Shown: positions 56,440 through 64,000 of the stretch, piece by piece
How positions within the stretch are numbered: the first letter of the stretch is position 1
How the letters are laid out: every line of letters starts with the position of its first letter
DNA from: Mantamonas sphyraenae STR306
Lineage: Eukaryota; Protista; CRuMs
Reading direction: 5' to 3'
Length of the DNA stretch: 64,000 bases
Assembly (NCBI GenBank): GCA_026936335.1
Contig: JAPMXV010000054.1
Coordinates: 124,001 to 188,000 of the forward strand
The notes under the pieces: model-generated
Told to the model about the DNA's origin: nothing
Seen by the model: the letters and a program-made list of their open reading frames with translations, nothing else
Database searches by the model: none
Position numbers and translations under genes: made by a program

Positions 56440-57163
56440 TTAGCCGAGGAACTTGCCAAAGATGTGCAGCATGACCACGACGAGCACAAAAGTGGCACAC
56501 ATGAACAGAGCCACCCAGGGGCCGACCTTGAAACCCGGGGCCTCGTCTGTGTAGAAGCGCAGCATGCCCGAACCGGCACCCACGCCCGAACCGACACCGC
56601 CGGAGCGGCCGCTGGAGCTGTGAACGCATCGACGTTGGAAGACGACGCGACGCCACGGTTTTTTTTCAAACCGGCACACGTACGGCACACACGCGAATGC
56701 TGTGTCAGTCACACCGTGCTCAAGGTCAATGCACACACTGTGCCCATGCACTGCACTCTGTGCTCGTCCATGTGCTTGCCTGCTGCGTGCCCACGTGCCG
56801 CCAGAGAGGGTTTGCGACGTGGCAAAATGCGGCGCCTCTTCGCCCTCCTGCGCCGTCACAACGGAAAAACCTGGCCCTCCCGCACACACTCACCGAGATA
56901 CGGCGCCTCCACTGCTGGAAGCTCCCTTGCGCTGTGTCAATCCTGCAGAAGATCCGCCCGCCGGGGTTCCACCTCGCACTGAGCTCGACTGTGTGGTGTG
57001 TGAAGCAAGCGCCAACGTGTCAGCCGCCGCATTGCAGACGCCGTTGCCCCGTTCCCGCCCTTCCACCCTCTCCCCCGTCACACTCTGCATCTGCCACACA
57101 CCCTCACACTGTGCACCGGTGTGTCTCACGCCGTCTGGATGGCCCCCCATATCCACGTACCAT
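56440..57163 (-). CDS. SEC61B: Sec61 translocon beta subunit (ATG-only first coding exon; exon 2 56988-56894)
   Basis: M|SSSVRGG...LTQRKG...|...MLRFYTDEAPGFKVGPWVALFMCATFVLVVVMLHIFGKF. Confidence 0.93.
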
Positions 57164-57232
57164 GTGTTTAGGTGTTTGTTCTGCGCCCACACGCGCACCC
57201 TGCCCCACGCACTCTGCCCCACTCATCCTCCC

Positions 57233-60200
57233 TCACTCTCCTGCGCCCAATTCGCCTCGAAGACTTTCGTGAAAGTCGTTGAAGGATGACTCGAGGCTGC
57301 TCTGGCCCTCAAAACGGTCTTCGAGGGCAATCTTGGGCAAACTCAGCATCTTGGCCGTCTCTGCGTCCAGGGTGCGCATTGGCGTGTGTACGCTCAACAC
57401 ACGTTGCTTCACCGTTTCTGTCGAACGCAACGGCTTCTGTTCGGGCCACGCAAACGCATTGTTCGACGTGCCCGAGTGCGTCAGCCGCGGTGTCATCAGC
57501 AACCCATACGTCTCCTCCTCATCGTCCTCATCGCCCCTCCTGTGTTGACGTCGCTGGCCCGGACTCAACAAGCGGCCATGCGAGTCTCGGCTCCTCGGCC
57601 TCTCCTTGCGTTGCCTCTCCTTCTGTCGCGATCGTTCCGCCTGCACGCTCTTGCGCGACAGTTTTGGCACGGGGGGCTTGGAGCTGGCTTTGATGCGCCG
57701 TTTGGTCTCCTCCTTCGGCTGTCGCTTCTGCCCGCCACCATCACCATCACCATCACCATCACTGTCGTTCTCCCGATCACCCTCCTTCTTTGCAGGAGTG
57801 CCACCCGCCGATGATGCGGATGCGTTGGCCATGGATTGCTTGTGCAGCCTGTGGTCAAACTTGCGGCGTGTGACAATGCGCATGAGAGTGCGATGCTCTT
57901 CGCCTCCGCCACCCACGAGCATGGCAAGTGTCTCGTGCAGCAGCTGGTGCCTGCGCTTGTGAAGTGTGGACGATTCGGGATTGCCCGAATCTCGTCGTGC
58001 CATGATGCTGCGTGCCTGTGGCGACCTCACATCCTGCAACAGATGCTGTACCAACGGACTTGTTGCGTACAGTCGATTGCGACGCGTGCGTACGCCGCGT
58101 TTGTTCCTCCTGCTCACGTCCGAGCTGCCCTTGCTGCTCTCCACGCTGCCAAAGTGACTCGTGAACATTTCCGGATCAAACAGAAGCACCACAAGCGTGT
58201 CCATCTGGTACAAGGAGGCGATGCCGTCGTCCGACTGCGTCCACCGCGGAAAGTTGCTCTTGAACAGCGCCTCCAGCGACACCCGCAGACACAGCAGCAC
58301 CATCGGAATGAAGCGCAACATGGTCCTCGTCTCACTGGTCATGCTCGCCGTCAAGTCATCGTACGCCTCAAACATGGCTACAAACAGCTTTTGCAGCGCA
58401 CGCGTACGTTGCCTCTCTGCTTCTTCTTCCTCCTCCTCCTCCTCCTTCTCATCGTCATCGGCATCATCGCCGTCTCCTCCCTCGCCCTCTCCGTCGTCTT
58501 TCGTCTGCTGCCTGCGCCCCGTGCGTCGTTTTAACCCACGTGCAGAGTCGTCCTTGAGGAACGAATACAGTTTGCGGCTGCGACGGTCATGCAAGGTGAT
58601 CCAATACATCAGATTACCCGTGAGCGAGATCAAACGGGCCATCTTGGCCGACAGCAGCACCTCCTGCAACAGTTTGGCTTCTTCCGCACTCAACTGCGTC
58701 GACGGATACATCGCCGGCGGGAATCGTTCCGAGAATGCCTCTTGGATGGCAGTGACCTTTGCCTGGTCACTGTCAAAGCCCCGTTCCAGCTCTGCACGGA
58801 TCTGGGCCACCTCTTTCCGCAGATGCACCGTGTGTCGCTCCCGCAGGGTCTTGAGCGCCTGCTCCTCTTCATCCACATGTTCATCCAACCAGTTCTCCGT
58901 CACCACCGGCTGCGCCGATCCGTCGGCCATCCCTGGACTGTGGTGGCCATCAAACAGCAACCCGTCCAGGCTGTACAAGCCGCTGTGGTCGCTCAACGAC
59001 GACGACGACGTGACTGAGGAGGAGGAGGAGGAGGAGGAGGATGAAGAGGACGACGACGACGTCGATGTGGCCGATGATCCAGCCATTGTGCTTGTCATTG
59101 CATGGCCCATGCTGCTGCTGTGTGATTTCCCTCCCGCAGAAGGGTGTGGTGTACGCTGTGGTGTGCCTCGTCGTCGTTGTGGCGTGCCCCGTTCCCCTCC
59201 TTGTTGCGAGCGCAACGTGCTGCGCATCGTGGCCATGTCGTCCTTGCGCTTGCGTGTGATGTTCAGCGCACTGGATGCCGTCCCTGGCCGCATGGAGGGC
59301 CTAGGAGGCGTCTGGTTGCTGCCACCACTGTCCCCTTTGTTGTTTGCCTGTGTGCGTGGCGTGGCGATGGTTGTAGTAGCCGTGTTGTCCACGTTGCTGC
59401 GAGTCTTGCTCGCCGACGCCAGCAATCCGCCTCGCTTGGCTGCCTGTCGCTCCCGTACGCTGCTCCACTTCCACCGTTCTGCCTCCTCCCTCTCCTCCTC
59501 CTCTCGCTGCTTCTGTGCCCGCTTGCGCTCCTGCGCCCGTGCACTGAGCGCATACCGCGGCGCAGGCTCCTCTTTCTTCCCTTCCATCTGTTTCCTCAAC
59601 CTCCGCTTCTCCTGCGCCTTGACCCTTGCCTGCTCCATCGCATTGCCTGGCGTCGCTGTGCGCACGTGTCCCGCTGTCGTGTGTGGCCTCTGCTGCTGAA
59701 GTTGTGTCCTGCTGGGTGTCCTGGGCGTCTTGGGTGTCGACGATGCCCTCATCATCCCCTGTGCCGTCGACGCACGCTGCTGCTGTGGGCTCGCCTGGTG
59801 CCGCATTGCAGATCGTGTTGTGGTGGATTCCATGCGTTCGTCGTTGCTGCTGTGTTGCATCACCTTGTGTGCGTGTTGCAAGCGCAGTGTGCGTTCGCTG
59901 TTGTCGTTCATCATCCGCGTCTGTGTGCGCTCCCTGCTACGTGCCAGTTTGTCCTGTCGTTCCTGCAATGCCCTCTCCATGGCTTCCAGATGTTTCAGGT
60001 CCCGGTTGGGTGACATCACTGTGCGTCGTTCGGCACGCTGCAGGCGGTGCAGCTCCGCAAACACGCCGTCCGTCTCACGCAGCTTCGCCTGAAAGTCCGC
60101 CTGGCCACGTTCGTAGCCGTAGTGTGGATGCACGGGCGAGTGCAACGTCTCTCGCATCTGTTCCCTGTGCTTGAGTTCGTTCTTGCGCCTTGCGTCTGCA

Positions 60201-61861
60201 AACTTGCGCTGCTGCACGTACTGCGAGTGCCGCGTGCCCAGCATCATGGCCGCTGCCTCCGCCGCCTGCATCACCTCCTCCTCGTCCGTCTCCCTGTCCA
60301 TCGACCCGTTGTTCAACATTTCCAGGTAGTCGTCCACCCCTTCGCTCTCCTCCACGTGATGCTGGTTGTACGGAGGCAGATACCGTTCCACAATGGTGCC
60401 CAGATCCGGCACCGATGCCTTGTCTGCCACACGTCGTGCAGACTTGGCCTTTGCTGATCGGCCTGCCAGGTCCGACAGGATGCCCACGCCTGTCTGTTCC
60501 CCCGCCGTGTTGCCTTTCTTCTTCTTCGTCCTTTTGGACGACGACGACGATGACGTGCCACCCTGTGCAGAGTGCGCTCCCGCACTCTCGTCCCGATCGC
60601 TGTCACTGTCACTGTCACTCTCACTGCCACTGCTGCTGCTGCTGTCACTCTCGCTGTCGCTGCCGCTATCCATTTCGCCGTCTGCCTGTGTCTGTGTACC
60701 GTTGTCGTTGTGGTGCGCAGCAGCGTCGCCCGTCACCCGTCCGTCGCCTTCGGCTGCCACGGCGTGGCTCTGTGCCACTCGACGTGTCCGTTGCGCCTGC
60801 TGCTTGCGTTTGGTGCGTTCACGCATCTGGCGTTCGACCATGGTGACCAGCGGGATGCCCGGGGCGCGGTCTTTCTGGATGCTGCGCTGAAGTTTGGCCT
60901 GCGACAACTGCTGCAGTTTCTGCTTGGCACGCATGGCCTTGACAGACGCCGCCTTGGCGGATTTGATCTTGTCATAGGTGCGCAGGGCGTGTGGGTTGAG
61001 TGGTTTGGGCGGCACGTCCTTCTTGAGCTGTGCAGGCGTGCCAAACTTGGTTTGGATGCGCGTGTTGCCAAACATGGCGTGTTCGGTGATGGTTGTCTCT
61101 TGCTCCTCGGCCAGTCTGCGCTCACGTGCCTCCTCTTCCTCCAATTCAATCTGTGCCAACGTGGCGCTGTTGTCTGTGGCCTGCATGGCGGCCAACTCCG
61201 ACTCCAACGACGGCAGATCCAGCCGCTCGGGAGGGTCCACCAGGGCAAAGTGCAGCATTTTGTTGGTAAACACCTTGAGATGGGCATACTGCTCCTTGTA
61301 CTTGTCCGAGTGCAGGTACCGGAAGTACTTCTGGTCCTGCGCCTGGGGCTCGATGTGCACCGCGTCTTCCACCCAGCCGTGGGCACGATAGAAGGGCACA
61401 ATGGCGTTTTCCGACACATTGATGTTGCTCAAGACCGCTTGGATGTTCTTGTTGGTGGGTCGCACGCCCATGTTCTCCAGGTAGTGGATGGCGTACTTGG
61501 TTTTCACCAGAGCCGTTGTTTCCTCGTTCAGCCGGACCCCGTCCTTGAACTGGGTGTCTCTGCTCTCGTAGGGCTTCAAGGGCAACTGCAACGCAACCTC
61601 GGCACTGCGCTTCTGGTTCAGCTTCCGAGCCTCCATCTCGCGTGCGGAAAACTGATGCCGTGTGCCATCCTGCTCCGTGGCAAACGTCACCGGCGCCGCG
61701 CGAATCACACTCCGCTGGATGCGTTTGCCCATGCCCATCGTCCTACGCAACGAGTCATCCTGCACGAATGGCTGGCCCGTGCGTGCTTGGAACCAATCGT
61801 TGGCACGCACGAGCAGATCGTCTGCAGAATCAAACGCGGAAGACTCGTCGGTGCTGGACAC
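57233..61861 (-). CDS. Large mostly disordered hypothetical protein with a C-terminal helical domain (possibly PPP1R36-like); true start uncertain
   Basis: 1542-codon open frame; globular segments near the N-terminus and around LMYWITL...FIPMVLLCLRVSLEALFKSNFPRW...LFDPE...TSPLVQHLL. Confidence 0.55.
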   Translation of the reverse strand: MSSTDESSAFDSADDLLVRANDWFQARTGQPFVQDDSLRRTMGMGKRIQRSVIRAAPVTFATEQDGTRHQFSAREMEARKLNQKRSAEVALQLPLKPYESRDTQFKDGVRLNEETTALVKTKYAIHYLENMGVRPTNKNIQAVLSNINVSENAIVPFYRAHGWVEDAVHIEPQAQDQKYFRYLHSDKYKEQYAHLKVFTNKMLHFALVDPPERLDLPSLESELAAMQATDNSATLAQIELEEEEARERRLAEEQETTITEHAMFGNTRIQTKFGTPAQLKKDVPPKPLNPHALRTYDKIKSAKAASVKAMRAKQKLQQLSQAKLQRSIQKDRAPGIPLVTMVERQMRERTKRKQQAQRTRRVAQSHAVAAEGDGRVTGDAAAHHNDNGTQTQADGEMDSGSDSESDSSSSSGSESDSDSDSDRDESAGAHSAQGGTSSSSSSKRTKKKKGNTAGEQTGVGILSDLAGRSAKAKSARRVADKASVPDLGTIVERYLPPYNQHHVEESEGVDDYLEMLNNGSMDRETDEEEVMQAAEAAAMMLGTRHSQYVQQRKFADARRKNELKHREQMRETLHSPVHPHYGYERGQADFQAKLRETDGVFAELHRLQRAERRTVMSPNRDLKHLEAMERALQERQDKLARSRERTQTRMMNDNSERTLRLQHAHKVMQHSSNDERMESTTTRSAMRHQASPQQQRASTAQGMMRASSTPKTPRTPSRTQLQQQRPHTTAGHVRTATPGNAMEQARVKAQEKRRLRKQMEGKKEEPAPRYALSARAQERKRAQKQREEEEREEAERWKWSSVRERQAAKRGGLLASASKTRSNVDNTATTTIATPRTQANNKGDSGGSNQTPPRPSMRPGTASSALNITRKRKDDMATMRSTLRSQQGGERGTPQRRRGTPQRTPHPSAGGKSHSSSMGHAMTSTMAGSSATSTSSSSSSSSSSSSSSSVTSSSSLSDHSGLYSLDGLLFDGHHSPGMADGSAQPVVTENWLDEHVDEEEQALKTLRERHTVHLRKEVAQIRAELERGFDSDQAKVTAIQEAFSERFPPAMYPSTQLSAEEAKLLQEVLLSAKMARLISLTGNLMYWITLHDRRSRKLYSFLKDDSARGLKRRTGRRQQTKDDGEGEGGDGDDADDDEKEEEEEEEEAERQRTRALQKLFVAMFEAYDDLTASMTSETRTMLRFIPMVLLCLRVSLEALFKSNFPRWTQSDDGIASLYQMDTLVVLLFDPEMFTSHFGSVESSKGSSDVSRRNKRGVRTRRNRLYATSPLVQHLLQDVRSPQARSIMARRDSGNPESSTLHKRRHQLLHETLAMLVGGGGEEHRTLMRIVTRRKFDHRLHKQSMANASASSAGGTPAKKEGDRENDSDGDGDGDGGGQKRQPKEETKRRIKASSKPPVPKLSRKSVQAERSRQKERQRKERPRSRDSHGRLLSPGQRRQHRRGDEDDEEETYGLLMTPRLTHSGTSNNAFAWPEQKPLRSTETVKQRVLSVHTPMRTLDAETAKMLSLPKIALEDRFEGQSSLESSFNDFHESLRGELGAGE

Positions 61862-61980
61862 TTTTCCTCCTTTTGTGTTTGCTGCCCTTGTGTGTGAGTG
61901 TGTTCATTCTTCCTATTTGCAAAACAGCGCGCCGTCGCACACAATCGTCACACCACGTATGTTCGACACACACACATCGA

Positions 61981-62200
61981 AAAAAGTCACGATCAGGTCA
62001 CAACGGTGTTAGTTGACGGCTAGGGGGGGGGGAGGTGGAACGGGCGAATCCGGGCAAATCAAATTCCCACAAACTCACATTTAGAATGTGTTTGGGTCGT
62101 GTGTTTCGTCCCAATGTGTGTTTGTGTGTGTTTGTGTGTGCGATACAGACGCGGTTGTTCTCAGGTGACCTGCTGCAGGTGTGGAGGCCGATGACCAAGA
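61981..62200 (-). ncRNA. Candidate Fanzor omegaRNA scaffold / element right end
   Basis: Lies immediately 3' of the Fanzor stop. Minus-strand hairpins TTGGGACG-aaacaca-CGACCCAA, AAACACATT-cta-AATGTGAGTTT and GTCAAC-taacacc-GTTGTGAC, then a T5 run. Boundaries are inferred. Confidence 0.4.
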
Positions 62201-64000
62201 AGGACGTAGCAAAGTCCAACCAGCCCAATGTTGAGAGCACCATTTGCATCACGATCAACGCAGCGTCGACGTTTGTCGGTGGCTGGATTGATATTGCTTG
62301 CAAGTGACATGGCAGTGCCGTTCACGGTGGTTTGGTGTGTGCGAAGAAACGTGCTTGTGGAGCAGTCGCATCGCTTCAACCTGCCAAGCGGGGCGTGTGA
62401 GCCTAGATCTGGTGCATACTGCATCTCTGCACCGCAGTTGGCACACATCTTGGACGTGAAGAACTCGTTGCAGCGCAGGACGATGTGTGTCCTTGCTAAG
62501 TACTCCACCCCTTTCTTGAAGCCTCCGCTCTCGCCTCGCCATGAAACGGTGCCCACGATGTAGATGACCATCCTTGGTTTCTGATTGTCCCGAGGGCGGG
62601 ATGCATTCGCCAACAGCTGCTGCGTGTGTGCATGCCGTCGCGTCCTGTGCATCTTGCCAATGCTGCCGTCAGGGTCTCCTCCTGCCGCTGCATGCCTTGC
62701 GAGGCTGTGTGTGTGGTCATTGACCTTTTGCTCGTGGTGTGGGAGGGTGGGGACATTCCACCATCGCCCAATGATGGTGTTTGCCCCAGCGGTTGAAGGC
62801 TCCAGCTGCGCACACACAGTATTGGTCTTGAACTTGCCCGGATCAATAAGACACAATTGAATACGTGTCTCCAGAAGTGTCTTGGTGTCCATGGTTTCCT
62901 GCTCCGTGAGCGTGGGGCGCAGGCGCAGGGTGTGGAGGTCCACGACGGCCGGGTCTCCCGACGAGAGCGTGACACCTGCATTCCGCAGGCCATTCAACAC
63001 TTGCCGTGCGCCCAGAAGTTCGCCAACGCGATCGTTGCCCAGCAGGTGGCACAGCCGCAGCACCGTGATCAGTTTGTCCTTTGGTTGTGCTTCCTCTCGC
63101 AGTGCATGCTTCAGCAGTGGGATTGCGTACGCAAGGCTGCGTTGGTGTGGCTCCACAAGCTCGAGTAGCGAAAAGAGTGCATGTTGGCGTGCTTTGGGAT
63201 CGGTCCAGAACGCCCTGAGCATGCTCATTACCCCTTGCGTGTGCCAACCCTGCGCCTTGCAGACCTTGCCCGCAACGACCATGGTTCCGGTCATGGTGGC
63301 CAACTTCCTGGCAGATAGATTGGCCACTCGTGGGCAAAGAAGAAACAGCAACGCAGGAGCAGCGTTTACACGTTCGCGTTTCGCCTCGCCAGACAAGGGG
63401 TCACCAATGAGGGTGTGTCCGGCAAACCGTTCCAATTGCTCAACCACCTTGGCTGCTAACGAGTGCTGGTCCTGATTCTCAAACGCCCATTCCATGATGG
63501 CCTTGTTGGCTCCTGGCACATTGTCGGGGGCATTTCGCACCGCTTGGGCCACATCCATGTAATCGTCGCCCAGCCACGCCGAGACCTTCTTGGATCGGAG
63601 GATGTGCAGCTGCGCGTGCGGGGCAATGCATATGTCAGGGCTAAGGGATCGATCCTTCTTGGGGAGCCCCACGTTGTGGCCATGCGCAACTGCGAGAGAG
63701 AGCTCGTTCCAGGCAGCAGCGTCTTGCGCCTGTGATTCTCGCCCGAAAAAATGCGCAGCGTCGCCGAGGACAGAGTTGTTGAGCTGCGTGCGCAGATTCT
63801 CATTCGCATCATGGAAGAACCCGTCTTGCTTGCCGTTTCGCTTTCCAAACTCTGCTTTCAGCTTGATCAGACGTTGCTCCACCGCAATTTCGCCCTCGCC
63901 AAGCTCGTTGGCAATGGTGCGGACGGCCAGGTCCTGCGGCAACTCCTGCATGGCAGACAACTCTGACTTCAGTGCGGTTGCGAGCTGGTAACGAGAAAGG
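62000..64000 (-). mobile_element. Putative Fanzor-carrying transposable element (right part only)
   Basis: Fanzor genes are normally transposon cargo. No transposase, TIR pair or TSD can be verified inside the window. Confidence 0.45.
62161..64000 (-). CDS. Fanzor: Fanzor (eukaryotic TnpB-family) RNA-guided DNA endonuclease, N-terminus truncated by the window
   Basis: RuvC-I LIDPG (D codon 62842-62844); VIYIVG at the canonical RuvC-II position; rearranged catalytic E in NEFFTSKMCANC (62464-62466); second zinc pair RCDC; RuvC-III DRDANGALNI (62248-62250); tail LGHRP. The frame is open to the window edge and intronless. Confidence 0.88.
   Translation of the reverse strand, partial: LSRYQLATALKSELSAMQELPQDLAVRTIANELGEGEIAVEQRLIKLKAEFGKRNGKQDGFFHDANENLRTQLNNSVLGDAAHFFGRESQAQDAAAWNELSLAVAHGHNVGLPKKDRSLSPDICIAPHAQLHILRSKKVSAWLGDDYMDVAQAVRNAPDNVPGANKAIMEWAFENQDQHSLAAKVVEQLERFAGHTLIGDPLSGEAKRERVNAAPALLFLLCPRVANLSARKLATMTGTMVVAGKVCKAQGWHTQGVMSMLRAFWTDPKARQHALFSLLELVEPHQRSLAYAIPLLKHALREEAQPKDKLITVLRLCHLLGNDRVGELLGARQVLNGLRNAGVTLSSGDPAVVDLHTLRLRPTLTEQETMDTKTLLETRIQLCLIDPGKFKTNTVCAQLEPSTAGANTIIGRWWNVPTLPHHEQKVNDHTHSLARHAAAGGDPDGSIGKMHRTRRHAHTQQLLANASRPRDNQKPRMVIYIVGTVSWRGESGGFKKGVEYLARTHIVLRCNEFFTSKMCANCGAEMQYAPDLGSHAPLGRLKRCDCSTSTFLRTHQTTVNGTAMSLASNINPATDKRRRCVDRDANGALNIGLVGLCYVLLGHRPPHLQQVT

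Noticed and set aside
62020-62050. Definite Helitron 3' end (CTAG)
   Set aside because: No clear GC-rich subterminal hairpin, and the next base is not the expected T; kept only as a weak candidate.
1-64000. tRNA, rRNA, CRISPR arrays, transposase genes
   Set aside because: None recognisable by eye; tRNAscan-SE and Infernal would be needed to exclude small RNAs.

Overview
Gene-dense, GC-rich, intron-containing eukaryotic genomic DNA, most likely a flagellated protist (GT-AG introns with CA/GT microsatellites; many intergenic gaps of 30-130 bp). About 28 genes. Housekeeping genes: PP2A B55, NOC4, primase large subunit, ceramide synthase, CNBP-like, CNOT9, NDH-2, Sec61-beta. Ciliary genes: DYNC2LI1, CFAP46, CFAP70, a CatSper2-like channel and a large cNMP-binding protein. 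Most notable loci: (1) an intronless Fanzor/TnpB-family RNA-guided nuclease ORF at the right edge (62161..>64000, minus strand) with an intact rearranged D-E-D RuvC triad, a zinc finger and a structured downstream segment that is a candidate omegaRNA; (2) a head-to-head pair of paralogous secreted precursors (36590-40316) with acidic pro-regions, Arg/Val amphipathic repeats, a shared 4-Cys domain and a W-x-WWW C-terminus, resembling no family I recognise; (3) a UBL + 2OG-Fe(II) oxygenase + UBA + F-box + LRR fusion; (4) a signal-peptide-bearing SET-domain protein; (5) an F-box + SMI1/KNR4-like + CaaX protein. Three single-base frameshifts in homopolymer runs suggest assembly indel errors. All calls come from motif recognition by eye; no database searches were run, and exon boundaries are inferred.
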